64,000 nt of DNA from Eledone cirrhosa (Eukaryota): positions 29,078,001 through 29,142,000 of the forward strand of contig OZ024758.1 in NCBI GenBank assembly GCA_964016885.1. The letters are read 5' to 3'. A model generated the notes under the pieces. It worked only from the letters and a program-made list of their open reading frames with translations. It had not been told where the DNA came from and ran no database searches. The position numbers and the translations under genes are program-made. Below, piece by piece: positions 63,863-64,000 of the stretch. Numbering within the stretch: the stretch's first letter is position 1; each line of letters begins with the position of its first letter.

Positions 63863-64000
63863 GAGTGGTGGATTGGCAATATTGGTAGAGCATTGGACAC
63901 CATGCTTTGCAGCATAAAGTTACGACCCTTTATGGTGTGAGTTCAAATCCCGCCGAAGTTAACTTTGCTTTTCATCCTTATGGGGTCGATAAAATAAAGT
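63863..64000 (+). mobile_element. SINE family 1 (cut by window end)
   Basis: gtggtggattggcaatattggtagagc...gagttcaaatcccgcc...ggtcgataaaataaagt. Confidence 0.85.

Overview
Eukaryotic, AT-rich, repeat-dense animal DNA, most likely an octopod cephalopod (inferred from the SINE/RTE repertoire). The window lies inside one + strand gene. Nine GT-AG coding exons (3588-62229, 956 nt) splice in frame into the GTPase domain and the start of the coiled coil of a septin-7 (peanut/CDC10 group) orthologue; its N- and C-terminal exons lie outside the window. The introns (up to 29.3 kb) hold RTE, CR1 and CRE-like LINE relics, two tRNA-derived SINE families, TTAA piggyBac-type MITEs, hAT, mariner and Helitron-like elements, long palindromes and many minisatellites. 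Nearly all long ORFs in the track are repeat artefacts. Most notable: (1) a 68-bp array that copies the end of the last septin exon together with its 5' splice site, giving 15 potential in-frame 30-nt micro-exons or decoy donors; (2) a candidate 30-nt micro-exon at 43445-43474; (3) a hAT element creating a candidate poison exon; (4) near-loopless palindromes with Penelope-type hammerhead-like cores; (5) repeated growth of tandem arrays from inside transposons. Exon coordinates were counted by hand; repeat boundaries are approximate.
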